A stretch of 64,000 nucleotides of DNA, taken from NCBI GenBank assembly GCA_013239625.1, contig MU054400.1, forward strand, positions 2,330,282 through 2,394,281, written 5' to 3'. How positions within the stretch are numbered: position 1 is the stretch's first letter; each line of letters begins with the position of its first letter. Both the position numbers and the translations under genes were made by a program. The notes under the pieces are model-generated. The model saw only the letters and a list, made by a program, of their open reading frames with translations, made no database searches and was not told where the DNA came from. Source of the DNA: Lama guanicoe (Eukaryota). Below are positions 1-13,400 of this stretch, one piece after another.

Positions 1-521
1 GACATGTTACTATATATAGAAAACCCTAAAAGGTCCACACAAAAGCTACTAGAGCTGATTGAAGAATTCAGCAAGGTAGCAGGTTACAAAATTAATGTTC
101 AAAAATCAGTTGCATTTCTTTACACTAACGATAAATCAACAGAAAAAGAAAGTAAAGAAACAATCCCCTTTAAAATAGCACCCAAAGTAATAAAATATCT
201 GGGAATAAATCTAACCAAGGAGGTGAAAGAATTATACACAGAAAACTATAAACCATTGATGAAGGAAATTAAAGAAGACTTTAAAAAATGGAAAGATATT
301 CCATGCTCTTGGATTGGAAGAATCAATATTGTTAAAATGGTCACACTGCCCAAGGCAATCTACAGATTTAATGCAATCCCTATCCAATTATCCAGGACAT
401 ATTTCACAGAACTAGAACAAATCATAATAAAATTTATATGGAACCATCAAAGACCTAGAATTGCCAAAGCATTACTGAAGAGAAAGAAAGAGGCTGGAGG
501 AATAACTCTCCCAGTCTTCAA
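1..521 (+). mobile_element. Young LINE-1 ORF2 fragment (RT C-terminal region), ending abruptly at its 3' side
   Basis: Uninterrupted frame [10 protein letters not shown]...[14 protein letters not shown]...KYLGINLTK...[17 protein letters not shown]...GGITLP is L1 ORF2 directly after the FADD motif. Homology stops at ~521, and the rest of ORF 4..660 is read-through into flank. Confidence 0.97.
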
Positions 522-644
522 AGTAACTCTTGAACAGGTGTTTGACACATGTTCTCAGTCTCCTGAGGAGGGTAACCATCGTGTGGAGCTTGGAATTATG
601 GAGGTCCCTTATTCAAGTCTGACTTTACGTCTGCTAATGATCTG

Positions 645-1034
645 TGACAGGAAATACTAGGGGCTCTCCCAAATCCACGTTCTCTTCTTCATTCTGGGCA
701 CACAGCTCAACTATGCCTCCCCGCCTCCCTTGTAGTTAGGTGTGGTCATGTGCCTGAATTTCATCTGCAACTATGTCCTCCTTCCAGGCTTCGTCCATCT
801 AAACCTCTTTTCTCCTTCTTGGTGGTTAGAATGAGTCGACTCCCAGGACAACCTTGGAAGCCCACCTGTTGAGTATGGCAGCACCTCCGTCAGCTTGGGC
901 TCCCTGAATGACTATTCTTCCAACCTGCTCAGTCTTGTTTCATGAAACAGAAATAAACTTCTATTGAGTTTGAGCCATTATATATACATTTGGGGGCTTA
1001 TTTGCTATAGCAGTTAACCTATCATAATGATAAC
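645..1034 (+). mobile_element. ERVL-MaLR LTR (old MLT1 type)
   Basis: 'cctcccttgtagttaggtgtggtcatgtg' core and 3' end 'aataaacttctattgagtttgagcca...gcttatttgctatagcag' are typical of MLT1. Confidence 0.75.
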
Positions 1035-1914
1035 AGCTAGTCTTTTTTCCTACACTGTCAGTCACAGCATACATTTTAACAGGGCTATGAGTTCTGCCCT
1101 CACAGGGCCAGTACTCTTTTAAGCATCTGGTATAACCCTTAATCCTTATGCATCATTTTCTCTGGGGATCTGAGGTCTAGGTTACTGCCCAATGATGCTT
1201 AAGTAGTTCTTTCACAGAATATCTGGTATTTCCATCCCACCGAATCACTTTGAAGACCTTGCTCCTCTCAAAAACAGTCACATTCATTTATTCAACTGCT
1301 CATTTATTTCACCATTTGAGGAGTAAATTATCCACTCATTTCATTATCTCTTTTAAAAAATGTTCCAGGCATGGAAGGCGGTTTACAAGGTTAATAAAAT
1401 ACATCAAAGTGGCCTATGAAAACCAAACCAGGAGTGAAAAAAGAAAAGAAAACAAGGGAAGAATTAACAAAATGGGGCCAGAAATATTTGCTAACGTACA
1501 GAAGGGTTCACCTCGTTAGCCCTGCCCTCTCTGACATCTTACTCCTGAAGCTGCTTCTGGCTGCTTCCTCTCACCTCTTTCTTCATAAATCCTAATTTCT
1601 TGGGAGACCATTTCTTTAAACATTTTCTGATGGCCCCAAGTTTCCATCTCCTCCTGTGAGATCCTTGGCGGTTTCTCATCCCCTTAAATTCCAGGTAGGC
1701 AGTTGGACAGTTTGGTGTGGGAAGCCATAACTTGGGAAGTCATTTTTCTCATCTTTTATGAGGCTGAGTATTTTTTCATATACTATATTTCTTTTCCGTT
1801 TATATTTCTTATTCTGTGAATTTTTATTCTAATCTATTACTGATTTTTCTATTGAATTTCTTTTTTATTGATGAATAGATATTCTCTGCACATGAACAAT
1901 ATTAATCACATTTT

Positions 1915-4027
1915 GTATTTTTTTGGATTGATTTGCTAATATTTTGTTGAAGATTTTTGCATCTATTTTCATGAGGGATATTGGTCTGTTTTTCTTTTCT
2001 TGTAATGTCTTTGTCTGGTTTTGGTTTTAGAGTGATGCTGGCCTCACAGAATGAATGAAAAGTATTTCCTCTGCTTCTATTATGAGAAAGAGCTTGTAGT
2101 GAGTTGGTATAATTTCTTCCTTAAATGTTCGGTAGAATTCATCTGTGAATCCATCAGGTCCTGGTGCTTTCTTTTGGGGAGATTATTTATTACAGATTCA
2201 ATTTTAAAAATAGATACAGGCCTATTATTTCCTCTATATAATATAATATGTGAGTTTTAGCAGATTGTGTCTTTCAAGGAATTGTCATCTGTTTCATGTA
2301 AGATATCGAATTTGTGGGAACAGAGTTGTTTATACTATTACTTTAATATCCTTTTCCATGGGAGCTGTAGTAACGTACCCTGTTTCATTTCAGGTATTGG
2401 TAATCTGTATACTTTCTTTTTTTTCTTGCTTAACTTGGCAAGAGGCTTATCAACTTTACTGATCTTTTCAAAAAAACTAGCTTTTGGTTTTGTTGGTTTT
2501 TCTCTGGTGATATCCTGTTTTCAATTTCATTGATTTTTTTTTTTGCTTTAAATTTTACTATTTCTTTTCTCATACTTACTCATGATTTAATATGTTCTTT
2601 TTGTAGTTTTCACAGCTGGAAACTTAGATGATTGATTTTAGATTTTTTTTTCTAATATGTGCAGTCAATGCTATAAATTTCTCTCTAAGCACTGCTTTTG
2701 CTGCATCACACACATTTTGATTATTTGCTCTTTCATTTTCATTTAGTTCAAAATATTTTAAAATTTCTCTTGAGATGTCTTCCTTGACCTATGTGCTATT
2801 TAGAAGTGTGTTGTTTAATCTCCATGTATTTGGGGATTTTCCAGGTATCTTTATGTTATTAATCTCTCGTTTAATTTCAGTATGGTCTGAGAACAGACGT
2901 CACATAATTTCTATTCTTTTAGATTTGTTAGGGTATGTTTTATGGCCCAGAATACGGTCTATCTTGGTGAATGTTTCATGTGAGCTTGAGAAAAATGTGT
3001 GTGTCCTGCTGTTGTTGGATGAAGAAGTCCATAGATGTCAATTACATCCGATTGATTAATGGTGCTGAGTTTAACTATGTCTTTACTGATTTTCTGCCTG
3101 CTGGATCTGTCTTTTTCTGAGAGAGGGGTGTTGAAGTCTCCATGATAGTGGATTCATCTATTTCTCTGCACGGTTCTATCAGTTTTTGCGTCATAAATTT
3201 GAGCTCCGTTGTAAGGTACATACACATTAAGAATTGTTATGTGTTCTTAGGGAGCTGGCTCCTGTATTGGTATGTAATGCCCTTCTTTATCCTTGATAAC
3301 CTTCCTTACTTTGAAATCTGCTGTGTCTGAAATTAATATAACTACTCCTGCTTTATTTTGAATAGTGTTGGCATAGTGTGTTTTTCTCCATTCGAGTACT
3401 TTTAATCTATATGTGTCTCTATATTTAAAGTGGATTTCTTATAGAAAACATATAGTTGGGTAGTGTGTTTGATCAACTCTGAAAATCTCTGTTTTTTAAC
3501 TTCGTGTTTAGACTGCTGGCATTCAGAGTGATCATTGATATATTTGGATGAATGATTACCATATTCATTACTGTTTTGTATATGTTGCCCTTGTTCTTTG
3601 TTCATATTTTTGTCTTCCATTCTTTTTCTGCCTTTTGAGGTTTTAGTTGAGCATTTAATATGATTAAATTTTCTTTTCCTTCTTAGCATATCAGTTATAC
3701 TTCTTTTTTTTTTTTTACTCTTCTTTAGTGGTTTACCTAGAGTTTGCAATACATTTATAACTAATTCATGTCCATGTTCAAATAAAACTATTCCAATCTA
3801 CAGGTAGTATGAGGACCTTATAATAACAAAATAATGTTAATTCTTTCCTTCCATCCCTGGTATCATTGCTGTCATTCATTTCTCTCTCACACACACACAT
3901 GCATATACAACTGTATGTCTATTTATCTATCTTTCTAACTATAGATATAGATACGTAATCAAATACATTTTTGCTATTATTATATTAAACAAATTGATCT
4001 GTTAGGTCAATTAAGAATAATAAAAAT
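1915..4027 (-). mobile_element. Old L1M (L1MC/MD-like) fragment spanning the ORF2 endonuclease region and upstream
   Basis: Antisense L1 ORF2 hallmarks 'tttgctaatattttgttgaagatttttgcatct', 'gctataaatttctctctaagcactgctttt', 'gagaggggtgttgaagtctcc'; decayed frames. Confidence 0.92.
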
Positions 4028-4049
4028 GGGTGAAGGTGGTTGACACATT

Positions 4050-4500
4050 AAAGCATTCTATGCAGTAAGTAGCAAAAGACTGAAAACAACTCAAATGTAA
4101 ATCAATAGGGACATGGTTTTAAAAAACAACAACAATGGTGTATTCATTCAATGGAATCCCATATAGCTGTTAAAAAACAAAAACAAAAAGAAAAGAATTG
4201 ATATGAAAAGATCTTCAGGATAAACTGAATTGTTAAGTAAAAAAAAGTGCAGAACAGACTTTACAACATGCAACCTGTTGTGGGAAAAAAAAGGAAATAA
4301 AAGTACATATTCATGTTTGCTTCTAAATGCATAAAGAAACTCTAAAAGGATTAAAAGAAATTAATGAAAGTAATTACCTGTTGGAGTAGTGATAGGAACT
4401 TGGGTGAATGTGATCTTTTCTGTATGCTTTTATATATTATTTGATTCTTGAGCCATGTGAGTATATTGTCATTAAAATTAAATAAAATATAAAAAATAAA
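4050..4500 (+). mobile_element. Ancient L1ME-like 3' end
   Basis: 'agcaaaagactgaaaacaactcaaatgt...caatggaat' L1 3' motif, ending in an A-rich tail near 4500. Confidence 0.7.
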
Positions 4501-6041
4501 TGGTGATATATTTCATGTAAGAAGTATTCTCAATCTGCCAGTTGGTACAATAAAGAAATGGAAATTATTTCGGATTTGTACACCCTTGAGGAACTGGTGT
4601 CTTTGATACAGCTGTTAAGTGTTCACAGAAATAACATGTAAGGTGATGGTGGCAGCAGGAGCAGCAGCCGCCGAATCAGACAGAGTTCCCTAGTTGGCTC
4701 CATCTCATTCCAGAAGCTTTTCTGCACCAGGCAGTTAGGGTTAATGTGCTTTTGTTTGTCTTCTGTTCAGGCTATAGGGCTCAGTGCGCATCAAATCATT
4801 TTAGTAAAGCTTCTGTTTTTGATGCAAAGTGTTTCAGCCTTGTCCTCTTAGTTCAAGTTAAATAAATTAAGCATCTCTTAATAATTTCAAGGTAAATTGG
4901 TTTCAGAGGACTAACAAGTGACTTGCCCACAGTTCACTTATTCACCAAATTAATTAAACTTGTTAACAAATGTAAAGTATAGAATTGCAGATATTGAAGT
5001 CTCGGCTGCCTTGGCCTGGTTTATTCATCTTCTTTGTTAGTATTAACCATTCTTTCCTATGTGATTGTAAAACTCATGGTCTTAAATTTATGTTGTGAAC
5101 AGAGTTGACAAGGCTTTGCTTGTGGTACATTTTAAAAAACAGCCCCATCATTATCTAAAAAAAGCATCATTGTGAAAAGTGTTACTTATTATGAACTGTA
5201 TCAAGAGAATTTACATAAATTTGGTCGCTATCTTCCAGGGATTTACAATGAAAGATTTAATTTAAAATCGAAGCTACATCATATAGATTCGATAGTAACT
5301 GTGGAAGTTCTGTGTAAAGTGCACTGTACAAATAGATGGCATTGTTATTTTTTGACATGCATTGTAATATAAAAATAATCCTTTAAAAAGGTAGAAAATG
5401 ACATAGAGGATGAATGGGCAGTTCAGGTTGGGGAAGATGGATGAAAGTCGTTCTAATACATGCAATCAGCTTTCGGCTAGATAAAAAGGCTCCACAAATG
5501 CTCAGGTTATTTACTGAGACTCACCAACCGCTTGGTAATCATGCATCTAAGGAGAGTGAGCACTGATGGATCAAGGAGTTGCGAGTCCAGTTATTAAGTT
5601 TTATCAAAATGTTTTCTCTAGTTGTCTTCAATTAGTTAGACCCAATCTAATTTTCCTTCAAAATCAAAGTCTGGAGCTCAAGCTAACTTATGCGACTGGA
5701 CATTTAAAGAAAGAGGTCCTCTCTACATATATGTAACATGACTGAGAAAGGGCACTGTATGTTTCCACAGCGCTTTGTTGAAACACAACCATTTCCCTGA
5801 ACTTAATAAAGTAATGTGCCGTGCAAAGAGCCTTGTTGCTGAACACTGAAATGCAGGCAGCCTTCACATTCCCATTTTCCTTACTCTCCTAGCCCACCTA
5901 CTACTACTCAGTGGCTGTAGCAAGCTCCCTGTCACTTTTACCTAAAAACTCGTTCACAGTTGACTACAGACAAGGCCAGGACCCAAGGTCAAAGAAAGTC
6001 TAAGAGAATGAAGTATTCAGGGTCCAGAATAACAATACATG

Positions 6042-6463
6042 CAAGTATCCCCTGCTTTTCAAAAGTTTGCTTTATGCCATGTCACTTACAAAAGACCTAC
6101 ATTAGTACCTGTTTTTGCTAATCAAAAGATATCCAAAGAGTATTTTTGCTTTAATGAAAAACCATGAAAAGCAAAAATAGTGTCGGTGTTTGTTTTGCAG
6201 TGAGCTGTCCCGGAGGCAGCCTGTACCCCACCTAGAGCAGCGACAGTGGCACCCAAGCTCCTTCTCCAGGAACTACACTCAGCCTCTCAGCTTCGAGCCG
6301 CCATCACTTTCAACTGTGTCTGTGCGCATCTGTGCTCTGTCTCTATCTCGTGCATCCCTGAGAGCAAGACGTGTCCTAAGGTAAATGATTCTTTGCTTTA
6401 CACCATTTTGGCTTACAAAAAATTTCATAGGAACGCTTTACTTTTGGAGAGTGGGGAAACCTG
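6042..6463. mobile_element. Non-autonomous TcMar-Tigger-type DNA transposon
   Basis: Imperfect terminal inverted repeats caagtatcccctgcttttcaaaagt (6042) and acttttggagagtggggaaacctg (ends 6463), followed by TA. Confidence 0.85.
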
Positions 6464-7459
6464 TATTCACTTCTTGGATAATTAATCGCAGAACTGTCCC
6501 TAAATCTGGAATCTCAGTGGTCATTCAAGAAATAACCCCTTGCTTTGACCTGGAAGTCTGGGACCTGTTTTGATGTGCAGCCCCTGGATATTATTCAGCA
6601 TTGTTCAGGAGCCAGATGCAGCTACTTATAAAAGGATGCATGGTGAATAGCTTGTTGCCTTTCCTGGCTGGGGTACCTGGAACTTATGGCCACTGTGAGG
6701 CCTGACCACCATCTAGGCTCCTCCCTCTCCATCTTCTACGGTTCCTGTTCTCTCTGCCTCTGAGCTTCTTTTCCTCTCTGCCTTTATTTTCCTATACAAA
6801 ATTTACCTTTTCTTCAAGGCCCCAGTTGTATATCACCTTACTTTGAGAAAAAAAAAACAAGTTTTGATAGAACCAACGCCTAAGAATTTAATAACTTATC
6901 AATGGGGATGACTCAGGTTAGAGTTGTTATGTGTATTCCAAGTAGACTGACTTGTTCCTCAAAGGGTAGATGTTGCCTCCTTTGAGTAGACAATATACAC
7001 ATTTAAATTTCTGAATGTCTACTCTCAGGATGCAGTTTTCGTAATTATCTTATAAGAGGCATCAGCCAGATGAATAATTTGAAAATTGGCATTGGAGTGC
7101 ACAATAGAATTATTTTACTAATTACATTTGGTTTGGACTTCTATTAAAATAAATACTTCTATATACTTAAATTAAAAAAAAATACTTCTCTAGAGTATAC
7201 ACCAAACTGCTTCTAAGGAGAGCAATCTAGAAGTAGCTGGGACATGGGCAGAGGGGAAAGGGAAATGAAAAATGTTCAGAATCAGAAGAGTCAACATTTA
7301 GTCAATTATTTATTTAGTCCTTGCTATATTCCAAAGAAGATTTTGAGGTGGAACAATAGCTGTGGCTCACACTGGGAGGATTATGCCTTTCGGGGCCCAA
7401 ATGAAGGGTTCTAGCTCTGTCCGGTGTAGTATTTTACTGTCTGATCATAAGAACAAGAG

Positions 7460-7660
7460 TAATCATTCCTGGATGGCCCACAGTGCCAAGTGCTAAATTC
7501 TTAACATGATTTACCTCATTTAAGCCTCAGATTACTTGTTGTCCTAATTTTATAGATGAGGCTCAGAGAGATTAATTACCTTGCCCAAAGTCACAAAGCT
7601 AGTACATGCAGAAGCATCGCTTGGAACCCAGCTTGTGAGGCTCTGATGCCTGTGTCACCC
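7460..7660 (-). mobile_element. MIR SINE
   Basis: Antisense MIR core 'tttatagatgag...agagattaattaccttgcccaaagtcac..gctagt'. Confidence 0.85.
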
Positions 7661-10600
7661 TCCTGCCTCTGATTTTGTTAAAAGATCAGACATATAGCTA
7701 TGACTACTTTCTAGTGAAAAATTTCTGGGCATTTTTAAAGTGCATCTCAGGGCCTGAAACACTGTCTACGTTGAACAGGAAGGAAGCAGGCTTTGTTAAT
7801 GTCAAATTATCCCATCTGAGAAAGGGGTTGTAACTGTCTTACCAGGACAGTTTTGAGAAAACAAGTGGAACCCCAAACCTTTGATGATTGCCCAGACACA
7901 CTATTTCCAGAAAAGTGTAAAGTCTTGAGATACATCCACACGGTCTTGGCTTGACCCGGCCTTGGAACTCCTCACCCAGAGTCACACATTCCTGTTCGCC
8001 ATTGCATTCCTTGCTTTGTGTTATCCCCTGCTAAATGATCTCCCTCACCCTCAAATACAGGCCTCAGTCAGCCATGGGCTGCATCTCAGCCCCAGGATGG
8101 GAAGTACCTCTTGGTGGGCCTTACAACCCACCCTACTGTGTAGGCTTAGCTGTCCAGTGGCTAGTGACCTTGTCATTGTCCTCCAGTTCAACATCCTGAA
8201 CTTAGCTGCTATTTACCCTCCCCAGTTACAGTTGCTGAGAATGCAATAGTGTTGGACACCATCTGTGACCTTTGGCACAATCTCAACTCAGATGTATCCT
8301 CTTAGAGGAAAATTTCTTAGTGGAAAGTCTTTACCTACACCTCTTTTTCCATCCTGCTGCCTACTGTCCTCCACTCTCCTATATCGTAATACAAAGACCA
8401 ATAACTAGTAAGTTTTAGCTCTTAGCTAATATCAGTGCTTCTTACGGTGGTGAAATTTTTGGTAGTTACTCAAAACTGTTTGAGTCAATTGTATGCAGTT
8501 TTGTTTTTTAATAGAGGAGAAAAAATTGAACCTACGATAACATGAATCTTCCTGAGCACGCACTTCCCCGCCTTGTGGAAATTACTTTGCCGAAACAATG
8601 CACAGTACCTAAATCATGTCAGTGCAAATCACTACTTTGTCAAGAAGCAGGGACTTAATGTGTGTGTTATTTTAAAATTGTCTTCAGCCCGAGATTGGCA
8701 TACTTAATTGCCTTTTAAGTACACTTGTTAAAGCATCAAGGATATTGTTGATGGTATTTAAGCGTCTTTGGGTGGGCTGCTGTCATTAAGAAGCAAGGTT
8801 GGCATTTTCTTCTCTAACCTCGAACTTGATGGTTTTAATATCTAGGCTATTAAATTTACATTGGGAAGAACTGGCAGATAAATCTTTTACCAAAGCAATT
8901 TAAGTAAACAACAGGAATAAAGAAAAGGGTAAAGCTTTTAGCTTTCAGATAGCATATCCTTCAAGGACTGTCCTCTATTTTTGTGGCATTGCACAGTTGC
9001 TTGAAACTGAAGATGCTATATTTGAGGTTGACTTTTTTGTGGAATCAGCCTCTGAATTCAACCCTGAAGCAAATGCTCTGGCTTCAAGTGTGGTGTTGAT
9101 GAATTACTGAAGAAATTTCTGGTGGAGGAAAACATCCTAAATTCTCTTTAATTCTCTTTTTTTTTTTTTTTTGGAAGACAAGAGTAACTCCTTCGGGGGG
9201 GCAAAAAGAAAGCAAAATAAAACTGACTTACTTTGCTTTATTTATAAATGTTGCTTTGGTCTTTCCCCACCCTCAAAGTCCAAGGGCCCTATAAACATTC
9301 ATCCTTCATTCAGCAAATGGTTATGGGCCATCTACGGCTTACCAAATACTGTTTTCTGTACCAGGAAGTATGGAGACCATACTCCGGAAAGACACATCCC
9401 TGGGAACTTCTCTGTACCTATTTGTTGATAATTTATCTGGGGAAACTTTGGCTGAGACTAAAATGTCTTAGGACAGTTGTGAAAAATAAAGATATGAAGT
9501 TTTTGAAATTTGATATGCATTTCAATGTGGAATCTATTTGAGGATACTTCCCCATTTCTTTGCGGTGAGATATACAACAAAGGAGCACAGGGTGTTTTTG
9601 GAGAACTTGCTTGCTTCTTGTTGTTGAATTAAAGTCTTACATGAAATAAAAGCTCTATTCAAGGTTGGGACTATTGGTGACAAACACTGTGTTATCTGTG
9701 AAAGAGGAAATTTGCAATTTTCCCTCTGTGGTATGATGTGCCTTTATTAGAGTGTTTATCAAATAATTTGGTTTTCCAATACATTATCAGAAATCAGTGA
9801 GATTGGTTATGGACTTAATTACGCTTTTCTAAAAAATGATTTTAGTCTGCTCTCAAACATTCTGAAGTGAACCTTTATTATAGTTACCAAATTGTATGAA
9901 AGCACATGGCCCTCATCACGTAAGGGTCACAGGTGGAATGTAGCTGAGCTGAAATGAAGGGTAATGGAAAAATCCAGTACTTGTGTTTGCTACTTAAATG
10001 TCATAGCTGGGTAAATGGATTTCGCTACTTCCTGGGACTCGGCTTCTACTACATTAGCCTGGCAGCAATTAGAGAGGAGAGGTTGCTCCACAAATTGGCT
10101 TGGCGAACCATGTAGTTCATCTTTTTATTGTGCAAAACAGAAAAAATTGCTTCTAATCAATCCACTTCAACTTTTAGTCTAAAAATTATTTACCATCCCA
10201 TCAGCTGAAAGTACCTATGAAATGTTCTATTTGAATCAACTGGAGGGAAGAGATATTTGTATCAATAAGCTGATTATGATTATGGGGGCACAATCTTACT
10301 TTGGAAGCAGTAAAGAGACTGCATTATTACTGAGGTGTCCTTGCCCAATTGATTAATGCTTTTAGGAGAATTAATCTACATTTCAAATATAATTGGACTC
10401 TTATTAACTAAATCTGAAATGTACCACTGCATGGCTGTGATGCTCAAAAGAGACAGATTTTCCTCCAGAATAGAACATTATTCATTTTGAATTTTTTTGT
10501 AATCTTTGCATTTGATTCACATAATTAATCAATCCCTCTGCTTTTAACTGCCCTAGGATGTAATGTTTTGGGAATGCTTAGATGAAAGTTTATTATTCTT

Positions 10601-12689
10601 AATTTTTTCAGAGCATAAATTAACAAAGAACTGATGTGAGGGACAGGGAAATTTTACTAATTTCCACTTTGCCCATCAGCACACTCAATGATTTTAAGAA
10701 ATGAATAAATGAATTACATTTCTAAATGAAGTGTAATAATGAATTTAAGGTAGTGCAAACTACAAGAGTAATCTCCTTTAATCTGTGCCTTACCCAGCCA
10801 GCTTCACTAGGAAAACACCATGATTCAGGCAGCCTGTGCTAGAAACTGGGGTGTTGTAGTCCAAGGAAACAGTCTCATTTGAGAAGAAACCTCACTCATA
10901 GCTCCAGATCAGGTAAACATTGTTTCGTGTCTCAAAAGCTAAAGATTTCTTATGCATCTGGAGTCCAAATTTCTGAACCAAAAATCTTAGCAGAGAAGAA
11001 CAAAAATGTCTGTTGAAACCCATTCCCTCCCCCCGACAAGTTCTAATTCTTCTCATTGGCAAAACCAAAATCATCTAAATTGTGAATATTTTTAGAAAGG
11101 TTGGTTCTGAAAAGAGAAAACTCCCTTCTTTTAGACGAATGTTAATTTCACAGTGCAGGATTAGGTGATGTCTGCAGATAATGCCACGTCTTATTTGGGG
11201 TAGTAGCTTAAATTCTAGGCTGGCTTTTCAAAAGAAGCCCTTTAAACTTTGTAAAAAAAATTAATAGAACTCCATCAGAGAGGCCTCCCCTTTTGTTTTC
11301 TCCCTGACTTCCCCTCCTGCCTTGAAACAGGGGCTACTTCTGTGCTGGTTTATGCCTACAGAGAAAAAGGAAGGGGCAGCTGGCTTTTGCTTTGATTTGA
11401 GTGCCATTCATCTTTCTCAGTTCCCCTCTCCTTACCAGGGCCACACATGTTATTAACATCCAAATAAAGCTTGCTACCTCTTGCAAGTTAAGAGAGTTTC
11501 GCTGAAGTGGACATTGTGCATTTGGTGCACACGGGAGTGCCTGAGCTGCAGCATTCTGTTCGTTTAGTCCTCCGCTTCCACCCAGACAGGCCTCATTAGA
11601 AAGCTGAAGGGCTAGGATTCAGAAAGCAGAGAAGAAAAAAAGGTGAGGGAAGGACTCCCAAGTGCAGTGCTTTATGTGGACTTAAGGCTCTTGGGTAACC
11701 TCATCCCTGTGGAAGGACGGCTGCTGAGAGGATTTTAACATGGCAGCCCTGCTACTTGCTGGTTAGACCCAAGTGTCACCTTCCAGGCTTCCCTTGTCTT
11801 CAAGGGTTGTCTGTATCTTTTGACTTTAGTTCCAAGTCACAGCCTCTCAGACGCTCAGATCCCTGCAAAGATGAGAAGGTTGACTCAATGGGTGACCTTC
11901 TCCAGTCCCTTCTAGTGCTAAGATTTAATGAAATAATCTTGCAAGTGTTGACCACCAATGAATCAAACATTCCAGAAAACACAAGGTGTGGATAATCAGG
12001 ACTGAAAAGATGGTCCCAAATCCATGTGGAATGCAATAGCACATTTTGTCTTTTACATTGTCTTCTGTGTATACACAGAGATCAAATTTTATTTGCTTCC
12101 AAGTCAGGCCTGCCCAAAGACGTAATAGTGAGCTTTCATTAAACAGTTTAGACACAAGCATTCCCCAGGGCAAGGATGTACCACTGTGCATGTTCATAAA
12201 TAAAACTGGTTTCCTACATTAAGAAATGACTGTTCTTCCTCATATCCTTGATCAAATGTTTTGTTTTCTGAGAAGTAGGGGAGAGGAGAGAGAGGACTAT
12301 GAGAAGTTTCATGGGAAAATGTGCAAAAATATAAACAAAGATTTCTGTGCTATATTAATCTTCTAAAAGAGACCACAGCTAATTGGTATTTGTTCGGTAG
12401 GTTCCTTCCTTCCTTTTTTCCTTCCTTCTTTTTTTTTTTTCCCCTGAAAAAAACAAAAACAAAACCAAAAAACTCTGGCAGCAAATGCTTAGGCACCTGT
12501 AGAGGTCAGAACCTTGGTGCAGATCACTGAAAAGGAGCAGGATAATGCCTTGCCCTGAGAATTAATTCCACTCCCCGCCCCCAAAAGGTTTACTTCATTT
12601 TGTATTTCTCCTGGGTTAATTAGGAAGTAAAAACAGTCGTAAAATTATTGTCTAGCCCCCCTTCTCACACCTCATGAAGAAGGAGCTGG

Positions 12690-13400
12690 TTGGAGTCGGA
12701 GAGCGGTTGACACAGTTGGCCACAGCCTCGGAAACTTCACGGGGCAAATTGTGTCTCTTGGCTGGTGCGGTTCCCAAACCTTTACTTAGACAGGAAGCGC
12801 TGTGAACTGGGAAACTGACCAGGCAGGGACTGTCTGTAAACCACTAGCAAGAGGGCGACGTTCTGCGGGCTTGGAAACCCACAGCCCCTGGAAATCACTG
12901 GCATTACGCCTTGCAGCTTTGGGTTTTTTCAGGGCAAAACGACATCGCGAGCCGTCCAGCGAGAGCGCCTGTACTTGCCTGCCCTTCCGCGTCTTACCGT
13001 GCCTGCTCCGCGCGGGCGCGGGCGCGGACGCAGCTGCGGGTTCCTCCGGGCAGACCCCGGCGCTGGCACGTCCCACCCCGAAATTCAGCTACTGCGGCCC
13101 AGAAAGAGAAGTGCGCAGGGGCGGCACGCACGATGGGGGCCCTTGTGCCATTGCTTTTCTTCTGATGTTACGGGTCAGTGTGAGGAGGGGAAGAAGGAGA
13201 GAGAAGCAGCCCGCCGCGGCAAGAGAGGCCCGACCCCCACCCAGGCACGCACCCACCCCTTTTCATACGTTAAAAAGAAAAAATGCTTCCAAGTAGCGGA
13301 GGGAGACGGAGGGTAGGGGTGGGTTTGTCTGCGCAGGAAGAAGAGGAGGGGGCTCGTGTGGGAAGCTGTGACAACCTGAGACTGATCGGTAAACGGTCCT
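12690..13400. promoter_or_regulatory. CpG island / probable promoter
   Basis: The densest CpG/GC stretch in the window (e.g. cgcgggcgcgggcgcggacgcag), with GC-box-like motifs and no interspersed repeats. Confidence 0.85.
12998..13200 (-). other. Candidate non-coding first exon of a minus-strand gene (5' boundary unknown)
   Basis: Minus strand reads ...GGAGCAGGCACG|GTAAGA, a near-consensus 5' splice site (intron begins at 12997) inside the CpG island. Confidence 0.5.

Noticed and set aside
4..660. 218-aa ORF as a host gene or L1 fusion protein
   Set aside because: It is L1 ORF2 plus chance read-through of ~46 codons; no evidence of expression.
2051..3749. Cluster of short hydrophobic or Lys-rich ORFs
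   Set aside because: Frames within a decayed antisense L1.
4620..4780. Minus-strand MEPTRELCLIRRLLLLLPP signal-peptide-like ORF and a + strand acceptor at 4770
   Set aside because: The ORF stops within ~26 codons, with no partner splice site or recognisable homology.
12690..13400. Assigning a gene symbol to the promoter
   Set aside because: No coding sequence is present and I cannot identify the UTR reliably without a search.
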